From contig CP158635.1 of the NCBI GenBank assembly GCA_050273025.1, forward strand, positions 31,496,001 to 31,560,000: a stretch of 64,000 nt of DNA. Direction: 5' to 3'. This DNA is from Cenococcum geophilum (Eukaryota). Positions 1 through 10,500 of the stretch are shown here, piece after piece. The translations under genes and the position numbers were made by a program. Each line of letters starts with the position of its first letter. Position 1 is the stretch's first letter. The notes under the pieces were generated by a model. The model searched no databases. It had not been told where the DNA came from and was given only the letters and a program-made list of their open reading frames with translations.

Positions 1-2069
1 ATAGAAGGTTTATAGCGCAATAGTTAAAGGATATTAAACCATTTATGTAATTAATAAAGAAAGAAGAATTATAGGTATAGGGAGAGGAACAATAGGAGTT
101 ATTTAAAAAAAGTTAAAGAGCTATTTACTTAAGAGCCAGTTCTTAAGATCTATTAACTAGAACTAAAGACGGTTATAAAAATAGATATATTAGATTATAT
201 ACTAGGGGCGTACTTTATATAGAGATATTAAAATAAATAGCACCTAGTGGCATACTATAGTTAGAAGATAACACTACTAGAGTTAAACTATAACATCTAC
301 AATAAGGAGTTATTAGGTATAGTTATAGCACTAAAGAAATAGAGAGTATTCTTGCAAGGTATAGAGAAACTATTTATAGTTGAGATAGATTATAAGAACC
401 TAATAGGATTTTTAATAATAAAGGAACTTAACTAAAAATAGGTTAGATGGGCAGAGATACTTATAGAATACTATTTTAAGATTTAGTATACTAAAGGTAC
501 AGACAATATATAAGCAGACGCTTTAAGTTAAAAGGCTAAACTATAAAATAACGAAAAGCTATTAGGGGCTTTATTACGAAAAGACATAGACGGATTAATT
601 AGGTATAATTATCTAAAAATTATAGTAACTTAGGAAGAACTAGGTAAAGTTTATAAGTTACTAGAGAGCTTTTAGGTATAAAGGATTCTAAAAGCATAGC
701 TAAAAGATCTATAGATGGATATATATAAATATTAAAAAGTAAAGTATATCCTAAGAAGCATAGCAGAATAATTTATAGAAGATTTCTATAAAGGATTAAC
801 TTAAGGACATAATGGAGCTATAGGCTTAGTGTTAAGACTCTAAAAGGAGTACATTATTAATGGAATCTAGGGCTTAGCGTAAAAAGTTACTAAAAAATAT
901 CTAGATTACTAGAGAAATAAACTAATAAGGCATAAGCTATATAGAGGGCTATAACCTATTAAAATACCAGAGAGATTATAGGAGGTTATATTATAGGACT
1001 TTATTATTAAGTTATTAAAATTAAGAGATCCTATTACCGAATAAGATTACGACGTAATCTTAGTAATGGTAAATAAGCTTATAAAGTAGGGATACTTTAT
1101 AGCGTGTATAGAAGAGATATTAGTAGAAGATATCGCTAGAATCTATATTAAAGAAGTATTTATAAGGTATAGAGCACTAAGTAAAATTATATTAGATAGA
1201 GATCTAAGATTTATAGCAGTATTCTAGGAGGTATTCTTAGCGGAATAAGGAGTTAGAGTAGCAACTTCTACCGTATATTATCTATAGATAGATAGTTAAA
1301 CGGAAAAACTAAATTAGATATTAGAGCAGTATCTAAAACACTATATTAATTACGCATAGAATAATTAGGTATCGCTATTACTAGTTATATAGTTTACATA
1401 TAATATAATACCCTAAAAAGGGATAGGCATATTACCATTTAAGGTAAATTACAGATATAAGCTAAGAACATTGTTATTATTATAATAAGTAAAGAAAATA
1501 AGTAATATAGCTAAAGAAAGAATAAAGACGTTAATAAATCTTTATATAGACCTTATAGAATTAGTAAAAAAAAGTATAAAAGAGAATAAAATGGTATTAT
1601 AATGCTAAGAGATCTAAGGGACCAGATCTTAAGGAGGGAGATAAAGTATAGCTACTATACAAAAATTTCAAGAGTTAATAACTAAGTAAGAAATTAGACC
1701 ACGTTAGACTAGGACCTTTTAAAATTAAGTAAAGAATTTTATTAGTTATATTTAAGTTAAACCTATCAGCCAAAATAAAGATCTACCCTATATAGTATAT
1801 TACAATACTAGAGCTAGTATATAGGAATATTAAGCCACTAGTTTATAAAGCAGACATATAGAGAGGATAAGAAAAAGATAAATAGTAAGTTTCGAAGATT
1901 GTTAGTTATAAGGACATTAATAATAAAATATAGTATAAGGTTAAATAGATAAGCTATACTAAGACTACCTAGGAGCTACTAGGGAATTTAAAGAACGCTA
2001 TAGGAAAGGTATAGGAGTATTAAAAGAGATTAGGTTAGGCACTATTAATAAAAAAGGATCGCTAAAAAA

Positions 2070-2670
2070 TAAGTCACCTAAGGGGGACCCAGGAAGAGCA
2101 GTTGCCGAGTTACTTAAATCTATTTCCTTCTTAGCTAAAAGAGAATCCATTTTTTTATTACTAAGTTCCTATAGACCCTATTTTATAAGCTTCTATTCCT
2201 TAAAACGAACCTTTTTACGCACCTTCTTAAGATAGATTAACTAAGTAGACGCCGTAAGACGAGACTTAAGGGCCCGTTACTAAGCATTAGTAGCCTCCCA
2301 CTCTATATTATAAAAACGGCGCAACTCCGCTAGAGTAATAGACAGTTTATTATATAGCTTTATAGTAGTAGATTAAATATAAAACCCTAAGATAAATTAA
2401 TTAGGGAACTAGATAATTATTAAGAGTAACAAATCGCGTATATTTAGCATTAGAGATAGAGCAAACGTTATAAGACGAATAAATATTCACTTTAGTGTAC
2501 TCTAAATAAGAGGGTGGTTGTCGCGAAAATAGGTTTGCTAACATAATATAAACTAACCCCTTTTTTAAATAGTAAGAATATAGAGATGGTATAATCTTAC
2601 TAAGAGATAATATCGCAGCAATAGTGCGAGTACAATAAGCGGTTGAAGAAGAAGAAATTGCTTTAGGTAT
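2070..2670 (-). pseudogene. Antisense accessory gene of Gypsy family A (copy 1): Zn(II)2Cys6-like domain plus coiled coil, one intron (2387-2441), RIP-inactivated
   Basis: ORF 2401-2679(-) has Tyr (TAY) codons spaced Y-x2-Y-x6-Y-x13-Y-x2-Y-x8-Y, the RIP product of TGY Cys codons in the Zn2Cys6 pattern. A 55-nt intron-like segment (G>A)TACGC...CTTAG follows. The 3' end is approximate. Confidence 0.7.
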
Positions 2671-2920
2671 AATAAGCAATAATATTAACTAAATTAATTA
2701 GACGGATATTATACCTCTAGTAAATAACTTAGAGATATTAGGAATCTTTAAAGACAAAGATAGAGAGGAGGGAGATGGTGTTATAAACGCTTTAAGTACA
2801 ATATTACGACTACTTAGAGAGGAGTTAGAAGAAGCTAGTTAGTTAATATAAGTATAGTCTAGGATGGAGCTAATAGAGCTATATAATAAGGAATAGTAAC
2901 TAAGGTTATATAACGTAATC

Positions 2921-3104
2921 TGTCACAGCGACTCAGTCAATCGAGGCACGAGCGCCGTTTAGAACGTATGCAAGCCTGTACAATTGGAATGTCTATGGAC
3001 CCGGATATCAAGATGAGGAGCAGAAGGTGGAAAAGGACACGTCTATATACATATGCCAAGGCTCAAGCGAGCCCCCTGACTAGATCCGTTACGGAGCCGT
3101 AATA
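2921..3104 (-). mobile_element. Solo LTR inserted in the A1 3' LTR
   Basis: TGTCACA...GTAATA termini, flanked by a TAATC direct repeat (2916-2920 and 3105-3109). Little RIP. Shares sequence blocks with the LTRs at 13245-13470 and 13628-13789. Confidence 0.85.
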
Positions 3105-3739
3105 TAATCTATATAATCTATAGGATCTGCGTAATCTATAATAGAGTAGATAAAGCACACGTATATTATATACAAGAAGGATTTTATAGGAGTACGGTTG
3201 TGTATTTAAGGACCCTTAGTCCCTACCTAGATAGTTCCTTCCTTATAGTAATTCTTAGAATATAATTAAAGTTAATCTGTTAGGCAACTACTCCACTAGT
3301 TATTATTACGTTGTTAACTTTAATTTGTATTACCTATATACCTAGCCCATTAATAAGCCTATTATAGTTCTTGCTACAAGGTTCCGTTACAGGTGGCCTT
3401 ATACTATAACTATTCTCTATATAGTAGTTATATTAATATATAAATCTACTAGTAAATCTACTACTTTATATTCTAGTATAGCGCGTAGTATTCTCCTATA
3501 GGCCCCTATAGTTTTATATAGGTACTAGTTTTATAGTTTAGCTAGTAGCGCTAGGGAGCTTTTTATTAATACCTTACTATCTAGTCCTAGGCCCTAGATC
3601 TAGGAACTATATAGTATTATTAGCCTTACTATAAATAAATAAATAAATAAATATCTATATAATTTCCCATATAATTATTTCTATAAATTCTATAATTAAT
3701 TACTAGTATAAAAATATATATTTATACGCCTATATATTT

Positions 3740-4120
3740 ATAAAAAGCTCTATATAAAGCTCTGTATAAATCTCTACTTAAAGCTCTATATAAGGCTCTA
3801 CTTAAAGCTCTATATAAAGCTCTGCGCGAAGCTCTGCTTAAGGCTTTGCTTAAAGCTCTACTTAAAGCTTTACTTAAAGCTCTGCTTAAGGCTTTGCTTA
3901 AAGCTCTACTTAAAGCTTTACTTAAAGCTCTGCTTAAAGCTCTACTCAAAGCTCTACTTAAAGCTCTGCTTAAAGCTCTGCTTAAAGCTCTGCTTAAGGC
4001 TCTACTTAAAGCTCTACTCGAAGCTCTGCTTAAAGCTTTGCTTAAAGCTCTGTATAAGGCTCTGCATAAGGCTCTGCATAAAGCTCTATACAAAGCTCTA
4101 TACGAAGCTCTATATAAAGC
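3740..4120. repeat. 12-bp minisatellite (AAGCTCTRCTTA-like, about 30 units)
   Basis: Tandem array visible directly. It generates the spurious (LLKA)n and (RALS)n ORFs. Confidence 0.95.
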
Positions 4121-4442
4121 TTACCCCCTTTTACAAGGTAAATCTATACCTACTAGCAGTCCTTAAGTATTATTTAAAGCTGGCTTATTAATTTAGGTAC
4201 TCTAGCTGCGGTAAAAAGAGGGCGGCGGTAGTTATGGGATGGGTGCAGTCACGACTCTGGGGCGTTGGGCGCGATAATAAGATAACGAATTAGAATTGGG
4301 TAAATTAGGCAACGTAGTCTTCTTCGCCAGGTTTGATTTGGTAATTCTAGCCATTAGGAATAGCTTGGGGAGCTATGGAAGTTAAGATAATTTAGCTTAA
4401 AGTAGGTGTATATAGGCCCAAATACCCCGCGCGGGACTAATA

Positions 4443-4547
4443 AAAATCCGAACCGTGTACCAGACCTTCTAACGAAGGTCTTGCCAAAAGCGGTTAGCGT
4501 CTTGGCAAGGTAAGCCTTGGCAATAAGGTCTGGGAACGAGACAACTA
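4443..4547. repeat. Transposon-end-like inverted repeat, left copy (pairs with 26557-26656)
   Basis: Its reverse complement TAGTTGTCTCGTTCCCAGACCTT...TTCGTTAGAAGGTCTGG...CGGATTTT matches 26557-26656. Contains an internal CCAGACCTT/AAGGTCTGG stem. Confidence 0.8.
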
Positions 4548-4640
4548 TCAATTACGTTATCGCTTGGAGTAAGCATTCCGCAGCACGCCGTCAGCAATAT
4601 ATGTATCTCCATCCCCCTTACTTCAGCAAATAATCTCACC

Positions 4641-5761
4641 ATGAGCACTGAATATTCACCATCCATTGTCCGCGTTGCAGTCACACAAGCGGAACCAGAA
4701 TGGCTAGATCTTGATAAGACTGTTGACAAGACGTGTCAGCTCATCCAAGAAGCTGCGAAAAATAACGCTCTCTTGATAACTTTCCCAGAATGCTGGATTC
4801 CTGGCTACCCAGCCTGGGTATGGTACGGCTCGGTTTTTTTTTTCAGCTTTACCTATTGCGAGGTTGATTTTCTCGCTAGGTCCCGCCCGGTCGACTTCAA
4901 TATGGCTACCGCATACACCAAAAACTCTCTAAGGGCAGATTCCCCGCAGATGTCTCGGGTCTGTGCCAGTGCAGCTGAAAATGGAATCAATGTAGTCCTT
5001 GGCTTCGCCGAAAACTACAAGAACTCTCTTTACATAGCTCAAGCGATTATCGGTTCTGATGGGGAAGTGAGGATGAAAAGGCGGAAGATGAAACCCACCC
5101 ATATGGAGCGGACCATTTTTGGAGATGCCTCCGGGAGTTCACTGGCTAATGTTGTAAACCTCCAAAATATAGGAAGAGTAGGGGCCCTGGCATGCTGGGA
5201 ACACACCCAGCCCCTGCTAAAATATCATACCTGTACTCAGAATGAAGAGATACATGTAGCGGCGTGGCCACCCTTGTATTTGCATACAGGTGGTCCGGGG
5301 TTATGGTCGATGTCCAGTCAAGGTAGGAGCTTACCGGCAATTCCTAGTGTGGAAATGAACTGTCTAGGATTTTGTTGACAGGGGCGCCCTTAGGGTGCCG
5401 GAACCTCTCGCAAACATATGCCATTGAATCACAGACATTCGTCCTGCATACAACCTCTATTCTCTCGCAGAAAGGTATTGATCGTATGGGTTCCGCTGCT
5501 GGAGTCACAATGAATGTTCCTGGTGGGGGAAGTTCGGCAATATTTGGGCCAGACGGGAGGCAGCTCTCCGAAGAGATGTCTGAGACAGAAGAGGGGATTC
5601 TGTATGCGGACTTAAATATGGATGATATTCTCAAGGCAAAAGGGTTTCTGGATATATGTGGGCATTATAGCAGACCAGATATGCTATGGCTAGGAGTAGA
5701 TGATCAGGAAAAGCTGCATCGAAGAGGGCATAATGAGTTGGCGTTAATGTTAGGAACTTAA
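4641..5761 (+). CDS. Nitrilase (carbon-nitrogen hydrolase, arylacetonitrilase/aliphatic nitrilase-like), 3 exons: 4641-4822, 4880-5322, 5394-5761 (330 aa)
   Basis: Catalytic triad motifs [13 protein letters not shown] and ALACWEH, plus C-terminal D..GHYSRPD. Two GT-AG introns give an uninterrupted 993-nt CDS. Confidence 0.93.
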
Positions 5762-5889
5762 TAACCAGAATAAATAAGAGTATTTTTAGAAGAACATCGG
5801 GAAAATATTGGCAGGCTGAAATTCAAACTACCCGTCAAGTCAAAATCGAATACTGCCAACCAGGCCAATTGGCTGCCAAATGGCTGTCG

Positions 5890-6265
5890 TTGACGTAGTT
5901 GATGTAGTTGACGCATTTGACGTTATTGACACGCAGCCTGCGCGCAGCCTACGCGATTGGCGCATTTAACACCCAGCCTGACACGCAACTTAACAAATAT
6001 TTTAATTTTCTTAATTTTGCTTATTTTCGCTTAGGCTCTAATAAGCCCCCTAGCAACGGTATAAAAAAAAATTCATATAAAAATAATTTCACAAAAAGTT
6101 TACTTAGGAAAGTAGTTATACTATATGTACAACACGCGTATTATATAACACTATGCTACATAGGACTTAAAAGACTTTAATATTTTATAAGTAAAAAGGT
6201 AGATTAACGAAATCGCCAATTACGCAGATTGTGCGCAGGCTGCGCGTAGGCTACGTGTTAGGCTA
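5890..6265. mobile_element. Small inverted-repeat (MITE-like) element with a 9-bp tandem array at its left edge
   Basis: ACACGCAGCCTGCGCGCAGCCT..ATTGGCG (about 5929-5965) is inverted relative to CGCCAATT..AGGCTGCGCGTAGGCTACGTGT (about 6214-6258). AT-rich interior. TTGACGTAG-like unit x5 at 5890-5931. No TSD identified. Confidence 0.5.
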
Positions 6266-6919
6266 GTCGATCGAGTTGCTAAATTCCCTCGGCCGCGCGC
6301 TAATTGCCTTAACTACTAACCATTAAGGCCGTTAATAGGGGACAATATTTTGCCGATAAAACAATATATTAAAATAGTTTAAACTTTACTTAATAGAGGT
6401 ATAAAAGAATAGGATAGTAATTACTAATTTAAAAAAACTTCTTAAGCTAAAAAGGTTTTATAAATAGGCTTATATAAATATATAGTAATCTAGGGGCTAA
6501 AAAAAGAACTAAGAAGAAGTGATATAAACTATAATAATAGACTTTAACAGTAGAGTATATTAAGAACGATTAAATGTAAATAGTATAGATTAAATAGAAT
6601 ATAGAGGCTTTAATAATATAATAAATGCTTATAGTAGGAACTATAGTAGCTATACTAATAGGCTAGGTATATAAATTAATAAGAGGTAATAAGATAACTT
6701 ATAGAGTATATGCCTATAAGGGTGCGAAGAGAATTTAAGGTAGATTTAAAGAAACAATATAAATTCTATCTAAATCTAAGAATATAGCTCTTATAAAGAA
6801 TAAGACGTTATATAAAGAAGAGAAAGGAATAACGCGAGAATCTTATAATTAAATAGTTAAGGGTCTTAGTGGTTAATGCGTATATATATATATATGTACG
6901 CGATCTTTAGCGGACTTTA

Positions 6920-7180
6920 TATAAGAGATCCTTTAGCCCCTTACTTAGGTATACGCCTAGGGGCTCTTAGAAGCTGCCAAGGCTAGCCTTCAGCTAGCCC
7001 TTAGCACCTCCTTATAAGCTCTTTGGGCTTGCAGCCCTCCTATTATCCTTATTAGTTCGTCTCTATATTAGGGCATTATTATACCTACTCTTTACTATAT
7101 TGTCCTTTTCTATTAACTCTTCTATAACTTATACTTAGCTTATTTACCCCCTACTATATACCTAGGCAATATGCCTTACA
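6920..7180. mobile_element. Solo LTR (same family as 41064-41254)
   Basis: TATAAG (RIP of TGTAAG)...CCTTACA termini with a CTTTA TSD at 6915-6919 and 7181-7185. Confidence 0.8.
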
Positions 7181-7400
7181 CTTTAGTAGAATTTAATTAA
7201 TCTAGTAAAACTTAGTAGAAGCTAATTAAGCTAGTAAAATTCGGTAGAATTTGGTTAATACGTTATGTTTTATCTATTAAGTAGGCTAAGTATATAGGTA
7301 AATAAAAGATATAAGCTTATTAAAGTATATATCTAATAGATTAACCCCAATTACATTCTAAGATTTATTATAAAGAGAAAACTATATAGGTAGAGACTAT

Positions 7401-7535
7401 ACCTTAACCCGCTAATATTCGTCTATTTATTGATAAGAATTAGCTAATTAAATAAATGCAATTGACTATACGCGTAGTTTGCAGTCGGTTATTTTATATA
7501 GAACCCTTACTCTATAGACGCTAGCGGGTTAAGGG
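7401..7535. mobile_element. MITE, RIP-mutated copy of the 43491-43629 family
   Basis: ACCTTAACCCGCTA...TAGCGGGTTAAGGG terminal inverted repeats (TIRs), flanked by GACTAT and ATAGTC. Aligns end to end with the reverse complement of 43491-43629. Confidence 0.8.
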
Positions 7536-7574
7536 ATAGTCCTTTAAATATATAACTATACGCTCTTTAGGTAG

Positions 7575-10500
7575 TGTTACGGCGCTAGTAGAAACTAGTA
7601 AAAACTAGTAAAAACTAGTAGAAACTGGTGGGGACTAGTAGGGACTAGTAGAAACTAGTGAAAACTAATAGATTATAGCTAATAGATATTGGTAAATTAT
7701 AGCGGATAGTCGTAGATAGCTATAGACAGTTTTATATAGTTCTAGACAGTTACCGTTATATAACTAGAGGATTATATATAACGTTAAGCGGCGCCACCCT
7801 CTATCTCCTTTCCTTTCTTTAGCTTTAGATCCTTATTTATAGACTACCAATTATATAGGCTTACGCGTCCCTCTTGCTGTACTTATGCCTTAATTAACTA
7901 AGTCGCTAATATTATCTAAAGCTTAACTACCCTTTCTTCCTAAGAAAGAGCTTAAATAAGACCTATAGAATATGTATAGACTAGAACCCCTATAGAATCC
8001 TACTAAAAGTTACCCTAATAACTATACTACAATGCTAAGAAATATAGTAGCCGGCAAAGTAGCTATAGGACCCTTAAATACCTCTAATAGTGGAATAGCA
8101 ACTAACTTAAACCCCTAGGTGGAGCTTATAGCAGCTAATACCGAAATTAAATAACTTTAAGAGCTACTTAAAGCTAGAGAACCCCCTATACCTAGTAAGG
8201 AATTATTAGATACCTAAAGACTTACTATAGTTCTTAAGGCTCTAGCCTAATATACAGTATTAGTATTATTGCGGTCCGTAAAGGTTACGGACCCTCTATT
8301 ACTTATAGACGGAACTAACCCTATATTTAATAATTGGAAGCTTTAATTATAGAATAAGCTTAAAGATAATACGGACTACTTCTCTACTACTTAAGCTAAA
8401 ATAGCCTATATCTTCGGCCGTACTAGCGGGGATATATAGACGTACCTACGTCCGCGGTACGCATAGGACTTAGTAAATCCCTTCCTCTCTAAAGAAGAGA
8501 TAATTATTTACCTATCTTCTATTTACAAGGGCCCCTTTAAAGTATAAAACGCCTAACTTAATTATAAAAGCCTAAATATAAAAACAATAGAGACGTTCTT
8601 AGCTTTTTAGACCCGCTTTCTATACTTAGCCAGCTAGGCTTAAATTCCCCAAAAAGATTTAATGCTAGACCTATTTAACAAGCTTACCCTAGACTTATAG
8701 TAAGCCGTACTACTAGTTTTTATTACTATATAGACGCTAAAGGAACTTATAGACTAGTGCTTAGCTATTAACTAAGGCCTCTACTAAATTAAGGTATGTG
8801 CTAAACGGTATAAAGCTAGAAACCCTTTAAATCAGACTATAAGCAATATAAGAACGGCCCGTAATGCCCCGGCATAATTAGTAACCCCTATAACACTACC
8901 TATATAGCCCGCCGCTAATTTAGTAGCTAGCCGTACGGCCAGTCCTACTATAGGTCTAGTAAATGCTTAGCTTATATATAGCAACCCCTATATACAGGCC
9001 CTTAGTAATTAAAGAGCTTACTTCTTTTATAGTTAGAAAGGTTACTATATAAAGAATTACCTAATAAACGTAAAAGTGGACGAGGTTCTGTTAATCTAGG
9101 AGGATAGTATAAAGTTAAAAAAAGAGGAACCCTAGAGGAAAACTCCTCTTTAAGGTTAAAAGGGATTAATATATTAGATATTAATCTAGGTTAACTAGTT
9201 AGTAAAAGAAGCTGCACTATCCCTTATACTTTATTCCGTAATAGATACTAAGTTTTAACCTCTACTTTAGCTAACTCTAGAGTAAATACCTTTGCCTTAA
9301 TAGATACCTAGTATACTATAAAGCTAGCTAACTTTCTAAATATACCTATTAAAGAACTGCCTAAACCAATTCCTATTTATAGGTATAATGGGTAGATAGG
9401 GCTACCTATTACAACTATCTTATAGATTTACCTCCGTATTAACGGATAAAGGTAGTATAATATCCCTTTCCTTATTATAGACCTAGGTAGCTATAATATA
9501 ATCTTAGGGCGAAAATAGCTAGCTTATTTAGGCTTATAGCTTAATATATAGAGTAGATGGCTTATCTAGCCCAAAACCTTACCCCTAACCCCTTCCTTTA
9601 TAAAAGAAATTAGTATTATAATAGAAAACCTTATACAGCCTTAGATTAATACTATTTACTAGGCTAATGCTATACGTAAGGACTAGGCCTTTAAGAAAGA
9701 TATATAGCTTAATTTATAACGGATCTATATACTATATTACCCCTAGACTACCTATGTTATACTACCCACATTAAAGACCTAGGAAGTTAATAGTGACCTA
9801 AAAAAGCCCCCTATAGAGAGCTTAGGCCCTATATAGCTATAAAGAATAGTAAGGGACGTTAAATATTATACTAAACTAATAGATTAGAGGGATAACCTAT
9901 AGAAGATAGAATAGGAGTTAAGAAAGATTATAAACCCTAGACCGTAAAATATGGTCCGGAAAACGGCTATAAGAAAACTAGCGGACCTCCCACTAGTTAA
10001 TATCTACTGTATTAGTGCTATAGGATTCTACCAGAACTTAGTTTAACCTAATACTATTACCTTTATAACGAGCTTATATAAAATTAATTAATTAATTAAG
10101 GAAAAAGAAAGTAAGCTTAATGGATAAGAAAGCGAGCTTATAGATAAGGAACTAGTAGAATAAAAGCTGCCCTATTAACACCAGAAATTTAAGGATATAT
10201 TCTCTAAAGCAGCGTCTAATATACTTTTACCTTACTAACTATATAACTATAAGATTAAGATTAAGCAGGGTAAGGAAAATACCCTTAGCTTTAGCCCTCT
10301 TTATAAGCAGTCTATTACTAAATTGCAGGCTATAAAGTAGTATCTTATTAATAACCTAAATAAGGGCTTTATTAAGCCTAGCTAAGCCTCTTTTACCTTA
10401 CCTATTCTCTTTATTAAAAAGCTAAATAATATAACCCGTAAGGACCTCTATCCGCTACCCCTATTTAATAAGACTTTAGCCTAAATAGGTAGAGCTAAGG

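Larger units (their letters stand above)
1..3391 (+). mobile_element. 3' part of a RIP-degraded Ty3/Gypsy (chromovirus) LTR retrotransposon, family A, copy A1: RNase H, integrase, chromodomain, 3' accessory region, PPT, 3' LTR 2779-3391
   Basis: RIP-decayed pol motifs (LNYNIYNKELLGIV = RNase H NYxIxDKELLAIV at about 280-325; DRDLRFI and integrase region about 1190-1330). Purine tract AGAGAGGAGGGAGATGG lies just before TGTTATA at 2779, and the LTR ends in GTTACA at 3391. Near-colinear with 56920-59290. Confidence 0.9.

Noticed and set aside
3722..4166. ORFs (RALS)n and (LLKA)n as real amphipathic peptides
   Set aside because: They are a by-product of a stop-free 12-bp tandem repeat in RIPed DNA; no other gene features.
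4460..4547. Helitron 3' end (hairpin plus CTRR)
   Set aside because: The stem has a loop of about 55 nt, and the two copies end CTAT and CTAG|G, which does not fit the CTRR|T rule.
4823..4879. In-frame, stop-free nitrilase intron as a coding insertion
   Set aside because: It has GTACGG...CTAG boundaries and a T-rich tract, and removal restores the family-typical W-x-W-x-R-P spacing.
6330..6900. RIPed, strand-biased, possibly coding stretch (also 3392-3720)
   Set aside because: I could not recover any recognisable motif by eye, so it is left unannotated.
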